Positions 54,977 through 63,631 of a DNA stretch of 64,000 nucleotides are shown piece after piece. The notes under the pieces are model-generated. The model did not search any database, was not told the DNA's origin, and saw nothing but the letters and a program-made list of their open reading frames with translations. Position 1 is the stretch's first letter. Each line of letters begins with the position of its first letter. A program made the translations under genes and the position numbers. The stretch is from Candidatus Woesearchaeota archaeon. GTDB lineage: Archaea > Nanobdellota > Nanobdellia > Woesearchaeales > JAHWIC01. The stretch spans positions 23,216-87,215 of the forward strand of contig JAHWIK010000015.1 in assembly GCA_019322485.1 (NCBI GenBank), read 5' to 3'.

Positions 54977-57130
54977 TTATACCTTTTCTGTTACAACGTA
55001 CGTCTTGTAAGTATACTGCCTTGGTGGTATTGGTTGAGGTGCGGGTTGAGGTGTTGGTTCTGGTGCAGGCTGTGGTGCTGGTGCAGGCGCTGGTGTTGGC
55101 TCAGGAGTAGGCTCCGGAGCTGGTTCTGGTGCAGGCTGTGGTGCTGGTGCAGGTGTTATTGGTGTTGGTTGCGGTGCGCTTGTAACAACCATTTGAGGAA
55201 GGGTTTGCCGTTCTATTACACTAACAATCCATCTGACACTTACAGCAGCTTTGCCATCAGAGATAATAACTCTCACCTCTTTTTTTCCAGGAGAAGTAAA
55301 CCAACGTCTATGCAGCGGGCCCCCTTTGTAGCGCGCAAGTGGACCAAATATCCATTCATAGCTTAGTGCATCACCATCAGGGTCCTGGGCAGATGCTTGG
55401 AACAAAACAGAGCTGTTGACATAAACACCAAATTGACCCACCATTGGGCTGACATTCCATACAACAGGCTCCCTGTTTGTGTTGTGCACAAGGACTACTG
55501 CATCTTCGCTTGAATTTAAGTCACCATCTGAAGCTGTAAAGGTGACTGTATATTGTTTTGCTTCCAGCCTTCTTGTCTCATCATGGCTGGGGGTCCAGCT
55601 AAACCCGTCTGCATCAAAACTTGAGCCGGCAGGCACATCTTCTGCAGATGTGACAATCCTGTCATTATCTGGGTCATAGGAATTAACATTAAAGTGTAAA
55701 ACTGCTCCTTCATCTACATCCTGCTGAGGTATTTCCTCAAGAACAGGCGGCCTGTTAACATTATTTACAACAACTGTTACGTTCTTCTCAACAGAGGTTT
55801 TGCTGTCAGATAATTTAATAAATACTGTGTAGGTGCCTGCATCATCATAACCAGTCCCTTTCACAGCTTTGTTCATCCAGCCGCTATATCTATAAGATAC
55901 CTTATCACCATCAAGGTCATATCCATTAGGCTCTAATACAAGGGTTTCCCCTTCATTCATGACTATTGTTCCCATATCTTCAAGCACAGGGGCCCTATTC
56001 TCTTCCATGACCCTAATCTTTATGGTTTTGGTTGTGCTAAATTCATTGCTTTCAGCCAGGAATGTTATAGTTTGAGTTCTGCTGAGTAAGTGGAAATTGT
56101 CAAGGAAATATGTAAAGAGGTTTGTTTTTTTAACAAAATCCTTGCTTGGTGTCCATTTAAAGACATTGCCATCAAATCCTGAATTTTCCGGCGCTTCAAG
56201 AACTGTGATTATTATATCATCGCCATCTGGGTCGCTGGCATTTACTACTAAGTTTACTTCCTCACCTTCTCTTACAGTTATATCATGGAGTGGTTCAATT
56301 ATCGGTTCGCGGTCTACATCATAAACTACAAGGTCTACCTTTTTTGAATATTCAAAATCCCTGTCCCTTATTGTTATTGTTACCATGTATTCACCATCAT
56401 CCTCATAGGTGGTTTGCCAGAAATTTTCATTGCCTATTGGCTCTGATATCTCATATTCAAGATGGTAGGCTCCTAAATCAGGAAGCTCGATACTTACTAT
56501 GTCTGTTTCATCTACTTCAATATAGCTTATGTTATCCAGGAGTTGTGCCCTGTCAACATCCTCAATATCCATAGTCCATTCCTGGGATGTTTTAAGCGTG
56601 CTGTCAGATACAACTACTTTTATGGTATGCGTTCCCTGGTCAAAATAGTCTGCGTAATACTCAATCTCTTGCTCCCTGCCTAAGAATTCATCATCAATGA
56701 ACCATTTGTAGGTTAGTTCATCTTCGTTTATGTCAGAGGCCTCAGCCCTGAAGTAGAGGCTTTCACCCTCTTCAATTGACAAAGAGGTATCTTCTGGGTA
56801 GAAATCATATATTTCAGGCTGTTCTTCTTTTTTGTTAACAACGATTATGACCTCTTCTTCTGTGATAAGGTCGCCGTCAGAAGCAGTGACTGAGGCAATA
56901 TAATTTCCAGCATCTCCATAGGTAGTTTGCCATTCTCCCTCGCTGTTTAAGGGGTATGTGTAGGAATATTCTAATGTATCACCGTCAGGATCATCAAAAG
57001 AAGGTTTTATGGAGACAAGGTCAGTCTCATTAACTATCATATTAGTTAGAGAATAAGTTATTGGCAATACAATAATTAGAACTAATACTAAAATTAACCA
57101 TTTCTTATCCATTAACCCAACCCCCAACAT
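54977..57130 (-). CDS. surface protein with multiple Ig-like (PKD/cadherin-like 'DPDGD') repeats and a C-terminal Pro/Thr/Ala-rich linker
   Basis: Signal/TM N-terminus. Repeated '...DPDGD.L.Y.Y...W.TTY.D.G.Y....SDG' modules. '(PAPEPT)n' tail. Confidence 0.6.
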   Translation of the reverse strand: MLGVGLMDKKWLILVLVLIIVLPITYSLTNMIVNETDLVSIKPSFDDPDGDTLEYSYTYPLNSEGEWQTTYGDAGNYIASVTASDGDLITEEEVIIVVNKKEEQPEIYDFYPEDTSLSIEEGESLYFRAEASDINEDELTYKWFIDDEFLGREQEIEYYADYFDQGTHTIKVVVSDSTLKTSQEWTMDIEDVDRAQLLDNISYIEVDETDIVSIELPDLGAYHLEYEISEPIGNENFWQTTYEDDGEYMVTITIRDRDFEYSKKVDLVVYDVDREPIIEPLHDITVREGEEVNLVVNASDPDGDDIIITVLEAPENSGFDGNVFKWTPSKDFVKKTNLFTYFLDNFHLLSRTQTITFLAESNEFSTTKTIKIRVMEENRAPVLEDMGTIVMNEGETLVLEPNGYDLDGDKVSYRYSGWMNKAVKGTGYDDAGTYTVFIKLSDSKTSVEKNVTVVVNNVNRPPVLEEIPQQDVDEGAVLHFNVNSYDPDNDRIVTSAEDVPAGSSFDADGFSWTPSHDETRRLEAKQYTVTFTASDGDLNSSEDAVVLVHNTNREPVVWNVSPMVGQFGVYVNSSVLFQASAQDPDGDALSYEWIFGPLARYKGGPLHRRWFTSPGKKEVRVIISDGKAAVSVRWIVSVIERQTLPQMVVTSAPQPTPITPAPAPQPAPEPAPEPTPEPTPAPAPAPQPAPEPTPQPAPQPIPPRQYTYKTYVVTEKV

Positions 57131-57156
57131 TAAAAATTAAAAAAATAAAAAAGAAA

Positions 57157-58272
57157 TTATCTTTGTTCTATTCCTAGGAATACAGGTGCCCTGTTAACGT
57201 TTTCAACAGCCACGTTTATCTGCTGGCTTACTGAAAGGTCACCGTCGCTTACTGTTATTGTTACATCATAGCTGCCTGAATCATCATAGGTTGTATCCCA
57301 CGCAAAGACATTCCCTTCCTGCTCAAATTTGTCGCTATCTGCTGCAAAGGATAGGCCGTCTCCATCTAGGTCAGAGGCTTCTACAACAATTATTACAGGC
57401 TCATTTTCATTAACTATGATGTTGTCTAGTTCTTCCATTTCAGGCGGCCTGTTAACATTTTCAACTGTAATAGCCCATATCTGTGATGTCTCAAGTGTGC
57501 CGTCGGTTATTGATAACTTAATAGTGTGTGAACCAGCACTGTCATAGCCTAGGTCAAATGCGAATGAGGTGTCGGTTGATACTTCCTCGCCATCAATCTT
57601 CCATTCATAATCCAGGTAATCACCATTAAGGTCTGATGCTGATACGCTGAATTCTATGATGTTATCCTCTGCTATGATTAATTCTGTATCTGCTGGATTA
57701 GCAAACTCAATTATTGGGGCCTCTTCTTTTCTGTTTACAATTATTAATACATCCTGTGAAGCAGAAAGGTCTCCATCAGATGCGGTTATTGTTACTGTGT
57801 ATTCACCCTCATCTCCATAAGTAGTTTGCCAATCACCTATGCCATCAAGAGGTGATGTGAATGCGTAAGTTAAAGGGTCTCCATCAGGGTCAGTTGCGTC
57901 AGGTTCTAAGCTGACAAGCTCTGTTTCTTCTACTATGATAACAACTGCTTGCTGGTCAACAACGTCTACATCTTCTAATACTACTTCCTCCTCTTCCTCA
58001 ATAATCTCAATGACCTCTTCAATGTCTTCCTCGACCTCTTCTTCCTCTTCCTCATCTCTTCTGAAGATGTCAAGAGGGCTTGTTCTTTCTTCCTCCTCTT
58101 CCACTTCTTCTTCCTCTTCTGCAACCTCCTCATCTTCTTCACCCTCAACAACAATATCATCCATGCTTATTGTAGAAACATCAGATTTGCCATATATATC
58201 TTCATAGATTTGACATCCACTCAATAAGAACAAGACTATCACACCAATTACAAGTAAATATTTCTTAAACAT
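57157..58272 (-). CDS. lipoprotein with a poly-Glu acidic region and the same Ig-like repeat type
   Basis: 'LFLLSGCQ' lipobox. 'EEEEEVEEEEE' runs. 'DPDGDPLTYAFTSPL...WQTTYGDEGEYTVTITASDGD' repeats. Confidence 0.55.
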   Translation of the reverse strand: MFKKYLLVIGVIVLFLLSGCQIYEDIYGKSDVSTISMDDIVVEGEEDEEVAEEEEEVEEEEERTSPLDIFRRDEEEEEEVEEDIEEVIEIIEEEEEVVLEDVDVVDQQAVVIIVEETELVSLEPDATDPDGDPLTYAFTSPLDGIGDWQTTYGDEGEYTVTITASDGDLSASQDVLIIVNRKEEAPIIEFANPADTELIIAEDNIIEFSVSASDLNGDYLDYEWKIDGEEVSTDTSFAFDLGYDSAGSHTIKLSITDGTLETSQIWAITVENVNRPPEMEELDNIIVNENEPVIIVVEASDLDGDGLSFAADSDKFEQEGNVFAWDTTYDDSGSYDVTITVSDGDLSVSQQINVAVENVNRAPVFLGIEQR

Positions 58273-58452
58273 ATACCAACACCTCCAGGTTTTTGTGTTT
58301 TTATTATTTTTATCATTATAAAATGGGAACTTCTATATAAACTTTATGGTAGTCAAAGCTATAAAACCATTTTTTTTTTACCACTGTTTCCGACGACAAA
58401 CTTAGACTTTTTTCGTAACTGGGTTTGGACGAATCGGAAAAATTTGCTGAAA

Positions 58453-58596
58453 AATCTGAAAAAAATGGGCCCGCTGTGACCTAAGGGTTTCACCCGATAG
58501 ACCCCTGTAGGGAACATAAAGTTCCCTGCCGCAATTTGCTGTATAGTTAAGATTGCGGATTGTTAAGTTTTTGAAAAAAATGGGCCCGCCGTGACT
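58453..58596. repeat. direct repeat of a tRNA 3' end plus trailer ('tgaaaaaaatgggcccgc(t/c)gtgac') at 58455-58481 and 58571-58596. The first copy is an orphan 3' tRNA fragment.
   Basis: Two near-identical 26-nt copies about 116 bp apart. The second copy is the genuine 3' end of tRNA-Ile. Confidence 0.5.
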
Positions 58597-58712
58597 TTCT
58601 AGCCACAAGTTTTAGAACTTGATGACATTTGAACACGGGACCACTCGATGTCTGTATTTCGCTTGCGCGAAATGTATCAGTCGAGCGCGCCACCAGACTA
58701 TGCCACGGGCCC
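58581..58712 (-). tRNA. tRNA-Ile (anticodon GAT) with two introns: about 25 nt in the anticodon loop (37/38) and about 33 nt in the T-loop/T-stem junction
   Basis: Manual fold: acceptor GGGCCCG/CGGGCCC+A; anticodon stem CTCGA/TCGAG with loop CTGATA|A; variable TGGTC; T-arm CCGTG-TTCAA(AT)...CACGG. The introns form hairpins (TTTCGC/GCGAAA). Confidence 0.6.
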
Positions 58713-58728
58713 ACTATCATAACAAAAA

Positions 58729-58856
58729 CGCCTCTGGGCAGATTTTCCCGCCATAAATCTTTCGGATTTAATGCGTCTCGAACTGCCGACCTTGTGATTT
58801 CTTCACCAAAGAATTGGTGTAACAGTCACACGCTCTACCTGCTAAGCTACAGAGGC
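58729..58856 (-). tRNA. tRNA-Asn (anticodon GTT) with two introns: about 21 nt in the anticodon loop and about 34 nt in the T-loop
   Basis: Manual fold: acceptor GCCTCTG/CAGAGGC+G; D-arm GCTT-AGCAGGTA-GAGC; anticodon stem TGTGA/TCACA with loop CTGTTA|A; variable AGGTC; T-arm GGCAG-TTCGA[34 nt]AT-CTGCC. Confidence 0.65.
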
Positions 58857-58900
58857 ATTAAGTTCAAGAATTGATACTATATTTATATAATTTTCTATGG

Positions 58901-59395
58901 CTATGATTTCTTTTTCTTGAGTATAATATATACTATTATTGCAGCTAGAATTGCTGAAGCAAGAATAATGGGGATTGTTATAGTTAACCTTTTTTCCCTT
59001 AAATCAGCTGTCAACACATTTTCTTCTTTTTCATTGTATATGTTTATCTGCTTTGCATCTGGCAGCGAGGGCAGGATTAATGCAAAATCTGTATTATCTA
59101 CCCTAACAAGGCCCCCCTGGGTTTTGCCGTCCATATGAATATCTGTGTAATGTTCTAATGGAACCTCAAATCTGAATGAATATATGACATCATCATCTAC
59201 GGAAATTATTTCTGCCTTATAGCCTGCATCAGGCTGTATCTTTCTGTCGGGATAGTATCCATATGTTTCTATCTCGTCAATAATAGAGACTTTGCCATTA
59301 TCGTAATTGAGATTTAAGATTAATATTTTTTCAGCGCATGCTGCCTGCGCAAATAATAACAGCATTATCATTAAGATAAGTTTTTTAGTTTTCAT
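58901..59395 (-). CDS. small secreted protein with a C-terminal TM anchor and Lys tail
   Basis: Signal peptide. C-terminal 'IIPIILASAILAAIIVYIILKKKKS'. 4-nt overlap with the upstream gene. Confidence 0.45.
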   Translation of the reverse strand: MKTKKLILMIMLLLFAQAACAEKILILNLNYDNGKVSIIDEIETYGYYPDRKIQPDAGYKAEIISVDDDVIYSFRFEVPLEHYTDIHMDGKTQGGLVRVDNTDFALILPSLPDAKQINIYNEKEENVLTADLREKRLTITIPIILASAILAAIIVYIILKKKKS

Positions 59396-60546
59396 CTTTC
59401 GTACACGCTTAATTTTTCTATTATTGCTTCTTCATTAATTGGGCCGTAATATTCTGCGTAGAGGCTCCTCATCAATGAGTTTTCTGTTCCACGGTAATAT
59501 CCATCTGTTGAGCAGCCCTTTAAGCAGTCAGTTCCTTCTGTACCAGCCCATTTTGAGCATTGGCTGTTGTCACAATTCGGATACTCCTCTCCATCAAATT
59601 TTATTTGCAGGTAATAATCATCAACATATTCATCAGCCAGGTCACCAAAGCTGTGGCCAAACTCATGCATTAGTACAGATGGGTTGTCAGCTGTGTTGAT
59701 GTTTGCTATGTTTGCTATAGCGCTTGACCTGATTGGTATTACAAGATCCTTAATCTTGTTCCTTTCTATTAAAATAAAAATAAATTCATGAGGACATCTT
59801 GATGCAATCCTCTTCACCTTAAAATTATTGCACAAGACATAATTATTGAATGTACAGCTTAGGTCCTGGAAGTCATCCACCATATAGAAATTGAATTTGT
59901 CTCTGTTTGCGTGGAATGGCTCAAGCTTGAAGAAAACATTGTTTATATAATTATAAACCTCATCTTTGAATTCTTCTGTTGTCTTATATGCCTGGCCTAA
60001 AAAGACAATATCAATTCCATCATCTGGTTCTGAGGTATAGAAAACAGAGACACATTCTTCTCTTTCATCCTCTTCTGAAAAACCATCGATAGTTGAGGTT
60101 CCGAGCTTGCTTGTTAGTTTTAATCTAACCTTGCCATTAACTGCTTTGATGCATAGGGGGCTTCTGTCAATCTCAAAGTTTTCAAGTTTTTCTGCTCTGA
60201 GTTCTTCTGAAGGTAAAACAAAGAAATTTGAGTCTGGATAATTATCAATATTCATTGTAAGCTCGTTATTGGCAAAATCATCGAATTCTTTTGAGCGGTC
60301 AACAAAGCAAATAGAGGTTATATCCTTTGGTACAGCCATGGTCCTGTCTACATAGCTTCCATAGCCTTGCTTGCTTTGGACGCCTATAGCACTTTTGACA
60401 CTCTCAATAAATATTGCAACCTCTCTTTTCTGCGCAGATTCTTCAAGCTCCCTGATATAAACAAAACCAAATGATAGAACAAGTACTGCTAAAATAGCTG
60501 TTACAGCGAAGATAAATGGTTTTGCCGCTACCTGAGCTTTTGTCAT
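59392..60546 (-). CDS. membrane-anchored putative zinc metalloprotease (HExxH)
   Basis: N-terminal TM helix. 'VLMHEFGHSFGDLADEY'. Several Cys residues. Confidence 0.55.
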   Translation of the reverse strand: MTKAQVAAKPFIFAVTAILAVLVLSFGFVYIRELEESAQKREVAIFIESVKSAIGVQSKQGYGSYVDRTMAVPKDITSICFVDRSKEFDDFANNELTMNIDNYPDSNFFVLPSEELRAEKLENFEIDRSPLCIKAVNGKVRLKLTSKLGTSTIDGFSEEDEREECVSVFYTSEPDDGIDIVFLGQAYKTTEEFKDEVYNYINNVFFKLEPFHANRDKFNFYMVDDFQDLSCTFNNYVLCNNFKVKRIASRCPHEFIFILIERNKIKDLVIPIRSSAIANIANINTADNPSVLMHEFGHSFGDLADEYVDDYYLQIKFDGEEYPNCDNSQCSKWAGTEGTDCLKGCSTDGYYRGTENSLMRSLYAEYYGPINEEAIIEKLSVYER

Positions 60547-60578
60547 AATCTATTTTCTTGAGGAATTTATATATAAAC

Positions 60579-62030
60579 TTATTGCTTGACTCTAGCGATA
60601 ATGCTTCTCAACATATGCCCGATAACTTCAATATCATAGAATTTGTTTAATTCAAGCCTTTCTTTGACCCCTATGATTAAAGGATAGGTGCCAATCTGCC
60701 TTCCAAAGGTTGTTTTGCCGTCATAAATTTCCATTCTTACATCCTTGATAACAGTTCCTTCTGGAACAAGTTTCTTTAGCATAGGTGAATCAATCTCCTG
60801 CCTTATCTGGTTGCGCCATTTCCAGTAATATTTCTTGTTCTTTTTTATGAACTTGTTTCCAACAGTATTATATAGCTGGGTTCCTTCAAAAATATCAACC
60901 TGCCTGACATTGATTCTTCTTAGTAATAAGCCCTCACCCATAAAGCGCTTTAGCCATTGGATGTTATGCTCATTTGTGGATTTGCTCTCTCCAATCAGCC
61001 CAAACAGCAAGTTGATTCCAGGCAGGAATTTAGGCATGCCATTCTTGCCTCTTTCCTGGCCATATTTATTCAGTATTCTTCCAGCCTCGTAAGTAACCTC
61101 AGGGTCAGCGTTAAGGTTGTTTTGCTTTACAACCTCTGGGTCAAAGCTTTCAACGCCAAATGCAGCTGTATTGCCTGCTGTACCATACTTAACAATAGCT
61201 TTTGTTATCTCAATTCCTTTTTTTGACACAACATTTACAGGATTTACATTATCAATATGCAAAACCTTTGGCTCGCATTCTTTTCTAATGCCTTCAATAA
61301 TACCAATGGCTTCTGGGTGAGAATAGTAGTCAGACTGTTTTCCTAGTCTAAAATATTTTACACCAAGCTTGTCGAATGCTTTTGCTTCTTTTAGGATATC
61401 TTTTTTTGGTCTGAATGAGATGCTGTTTTTTATTGGCTCTGTGCAAAAGCTGCAATGTGTTTTTCTTGAGCAGCCTTTTGAGGTCTCTAGCTCAATTATT
61501 CTTAAGCTCGGGATTTGTTTTATCAATTCTGTTCCTTTGACTGCAAAATCTTCTACCTCTTCATAGCTGAAATTGAAATCTTTTATCTCGTTGAAATTTG
61601 AAAGGTCTGCCTTTTCAAAGAATCTTCCTCCCTCTGTTGATGTTCCGTAAACAGCAGGTCCAGTTAATATTTTTCTGCAGTTTAGGTCTTTTGTCAGCTG
61701 TATAATCTCCTTTAAAGTACCAGGAACAGCACTTAGGTATTTTCCAGGAGTATGAACACCAGCGATTATAATTAGTTCAGAAGTGGAGTTTAAGATTCCC
61801 TTTATTTCATCACTAGTTCTTGTGGTGTTATATTTTTTAATATTTGTTTTTTGAATTGATTTCTTTTCATTGATACTTTTTAGTAATCTTAAATCGTCTA
61901 TTGTAATATAGTTTGGAATCTTTTCTAAAGAACCGGCAATATATCTAGGATAAGTGCCCAAGTAAGGCGGAACACCTAGACCAGCTGGTTCATCTGTGTA
62001 GCAGTCTAATATTGTGAATACCATAGGCAT
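60579..62030 (-). CDS. radical SAM superfamily protein (483 aa) with a non-canonical Cys motif
   Basis: 'SKGCSRKTHCSFCTE' (CX5CX2C) within a TIM-barrel-like core. Adjacent to phospholipid-synthesis genes. Confidence 0.55.
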   Translation of the reverse strand: MPMVFTILDCYTDEPAGLGVPPYLGTYPRYIAGSLEKIPNYITIDDLRLLKSINEKKSIQKTNIKKYNTTRTSDEIKGILNSTSELIIIAGVHTPGKYLSAVPGTLKEIIQLTKDLNCRKILTGPAVYGTSTEGGRFFEKADLSNFNEIKDFNFSYEEVEDFAVKGTELIKQIPSLRIIELETSKGCSRKTHCSFCTEPIKNSISFRPKKDILKEAKAFDKLGVKYFRLGKQSDYYSHPEAIGIIEGIRKECEPKVLHIDNVNPVNVVSKKGIEITKAIVKYGTAGNTAAFGVESFDPEVVKQNNLNADPEVTYEAGRILNKYGQERGKNGMPKFLPGINLLFGLIGESKSTNEHNIQWLKRFMGEGLLLRRINVRQVDIFEGTQLYNTVGNKFIKKNKKYYWKWRNQIRQEIDSPMLKKLVPEGTVIKDVRMEIYDGKTTFGRQIGTYPLIIGVKERLELNKFYDIEVIGHMLRSIIARVKQ

Positions 62031-62057
62031 AGAATATTATTTCTTGTTATTAAAGCT

Positions 62058-62585
62058 TTACTTAGAACTCTTAATCATTTTAACGCCAATCATAAAATAT
62101 TGGATTGTAGTTAGAAGGCTGAGGATTATTGTTGCAGCTAACAGAAAATCCTTAAACTGATAATTAATGATAAATGATGCTATTACAACCACCTGTAAAA
62201 AGGTTGTTACTTTTCCCAGCTTACTTGCCTTCCAGACTGCTTTTCGTTTTATATGTGCAAGGAGTGAACCGCATAGTGAGATAATATCCCTGGAAAAAAT
62301 CAACAGCCCGTATAAAGGAAAATTGAATCCAATAATAAGTGCTATGACAGCTAGAGTAACCATAAACTTATCAGCCATGGGGTCAAGGAATTCACCAAAC
62401 TTTGTTCTTTGTTTTATGCGCCTGGCTACAAACCCGTCAACCCAATCAGTTAATGCAACAATAAGGAAAACAGTCAGCCCCAGAATGATTTTTGATTTTA
62501 GAAGTAGAATGAAAAATATTGGTGATGCAAGTATGCGAAGTATTGTCAGAACATTTGGGATTAACAGGATTTTTTTTAGTTTCAT
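62058..62585 (-). CDS. CDP-alcohol phosphatidyltransferase. Start taken at the internal Met 'MKLKK'; the longer ORF to 62657 would overlap the PHP gene.
   Basis: 'DWVDGFVARRIKQRTKFGEFLDPMADK' is the D-G-x2-A-R-x8-G-x3-D-x3-D signature. Polytopic membrane protein. Confidence 0.75.
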   Translation of the reverse strand: MKLKKILLIPNVLTILRILASPIFFILLLKSKIILGLTVFLIVALTDWVDGFVARRIKQRTKFGEFLDPMADKFMVTLAVIALIIGFNFPLYGLLIFSRDIISLCGSLLAHIKRKAVWKASKLGKVTTFLQVVVIASFIINYQFKDFLLAATIILSLLTTIQYFMIGVKMIKSSK

Positions 62586-62586
62586 T

Positions 62587-63534
62587 TTAGAATAGATGCT
62601 TAAAATGCATATGATGTTTGGATTCTTTTTTAAGTTCTTTATGGTGGGCATGCACATGGAAATGGAATTCTTCTTTTTTCATCTTATTTTTAAGATGCTC
62701 CATTTCATTTTGATAGTGTGTTTTCAACCATAACAGCCCCTCATGCTTTTTTATGGCGCGCTTAAAATAAAATTTTTCCTTTACTATCTGGTGTATTGCG
62801 TCTGTAAAGAAGCATTCCTCTTTTCCTATGGCAATAGAATTGCCCCTGATTAGAGATTTGAGGAACGATTCAATGTCATTTCCATGAGCTAATGAAATAT
62901 CCAGGCCTAACTCAGCAGTTGTATGGCCGTCTGTTCCAGCAGTCATGCCTTTCTTTAGTTTGTTAGCCCAGTTTATAGCTTTTATGTTCATTCCTCTCAG
63001 GCAAACACCGTTAATACCTTCAATTAAATCTATCTTTTTTATTGTTTTTGGAGGGACATTTATTTTATTGATGCCTGTTACTCCAGGACCAAATGGATGC
63101 GACGCACAAATGACGCAGTTATATTTACTTGCAGCTTCAATTAAGTCTGCTATTTTTGTAGGGATAAAGAAAGGGTTTATTTTTTTCTGAAACAGGATTT
63201 CTTTTTTATAGAACTCCTTGCATTCTGATAATGAATAAAAATAAAGAAGCAGATGCGCGCCTTCATGACAGCTGACTTCTACTCCAGGTATAATGAATTC
63301 TTTTTTCTTAAGCTTAAAGGCTTTTATAACACCGCCAATCTCATTATGGTCTGTTATTGCAACACCAGTGTTAAGTTTCCTGCATCGCTTTAGAACGTTA
63401 TTTATTTTTGATATCCCATCCATGCTGAATTCTGTATGAAAGTGCATGTCAGCTGATGTATAGCCCTCTTTTTCCAGCAGTGATAATACTGGCCCGTAAA
63501 CACCAGCTGGGTTTTCAAGTACGATATCAGTCAT
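62587..63534 (-). CDS. PHP-domain metal-dependent phosphoesterase with a His-rich C-terminal tail
   Basis: 'ADMHFHTEFSMDG' PHP motif I and further His/Asp motifs. Tail 'HFHVHAHHKELKKESKHHMHFKHLF'. Confidence 0.6.
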   Translation of the reverse strand: MTDIVLENPAGVYGPVLSLLEKEGYTSADMHFHTEFSMDGISKINNVLKRCRKLNTGVAITDHNEIGGVIKAFKLKKKEFIIPGVEVSCHEGAHLLLYFYSLSECKEFYKKEILFQKKINPFFIPTKIADLIEAASKYNCVICASHPFGPGVTGINKINVPPKTIKKIDLIEGINGVCLRGMNIKAINWANKLKKGMTAGTDGHTTAELGLDISLAHGNDIESFLKSLIRGNSIAIGKEECFFTDAIHQIVKEKFYFKRAIKKHEGLLWLKTHYQNEMEHLKNKMKKEEFHFHVHAHHKELKKESKHHMHFKHLF

Positions 63535-63631
63535 AAGTATAATCTTGTTAGATTAATATTTAAATCTACCGATATAAAACAAAATTTTTTAAATAGAACC
63601 ATTTCGTGATTATTAAAAGAGGGAATATAGA

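Noticed and set aside
57130-57157. Merging the 371-aa and 717-aa Ig-repeat surface proteins into one gene
   Set aside because: The 717-aa ORF has its own start codon and signal/TM sequence, and the upstream ORF ends with a stop 26 nt before it. They are separate but paralogous genes.
58402-58874. Track ORFs 58402..58608 (-) and 58629..58874 (+)
   Set aside because: They overlap the two double-intron tRNA genes and the duplicated tRNA 3' end. The region is better explained as an RNA-gene locus.
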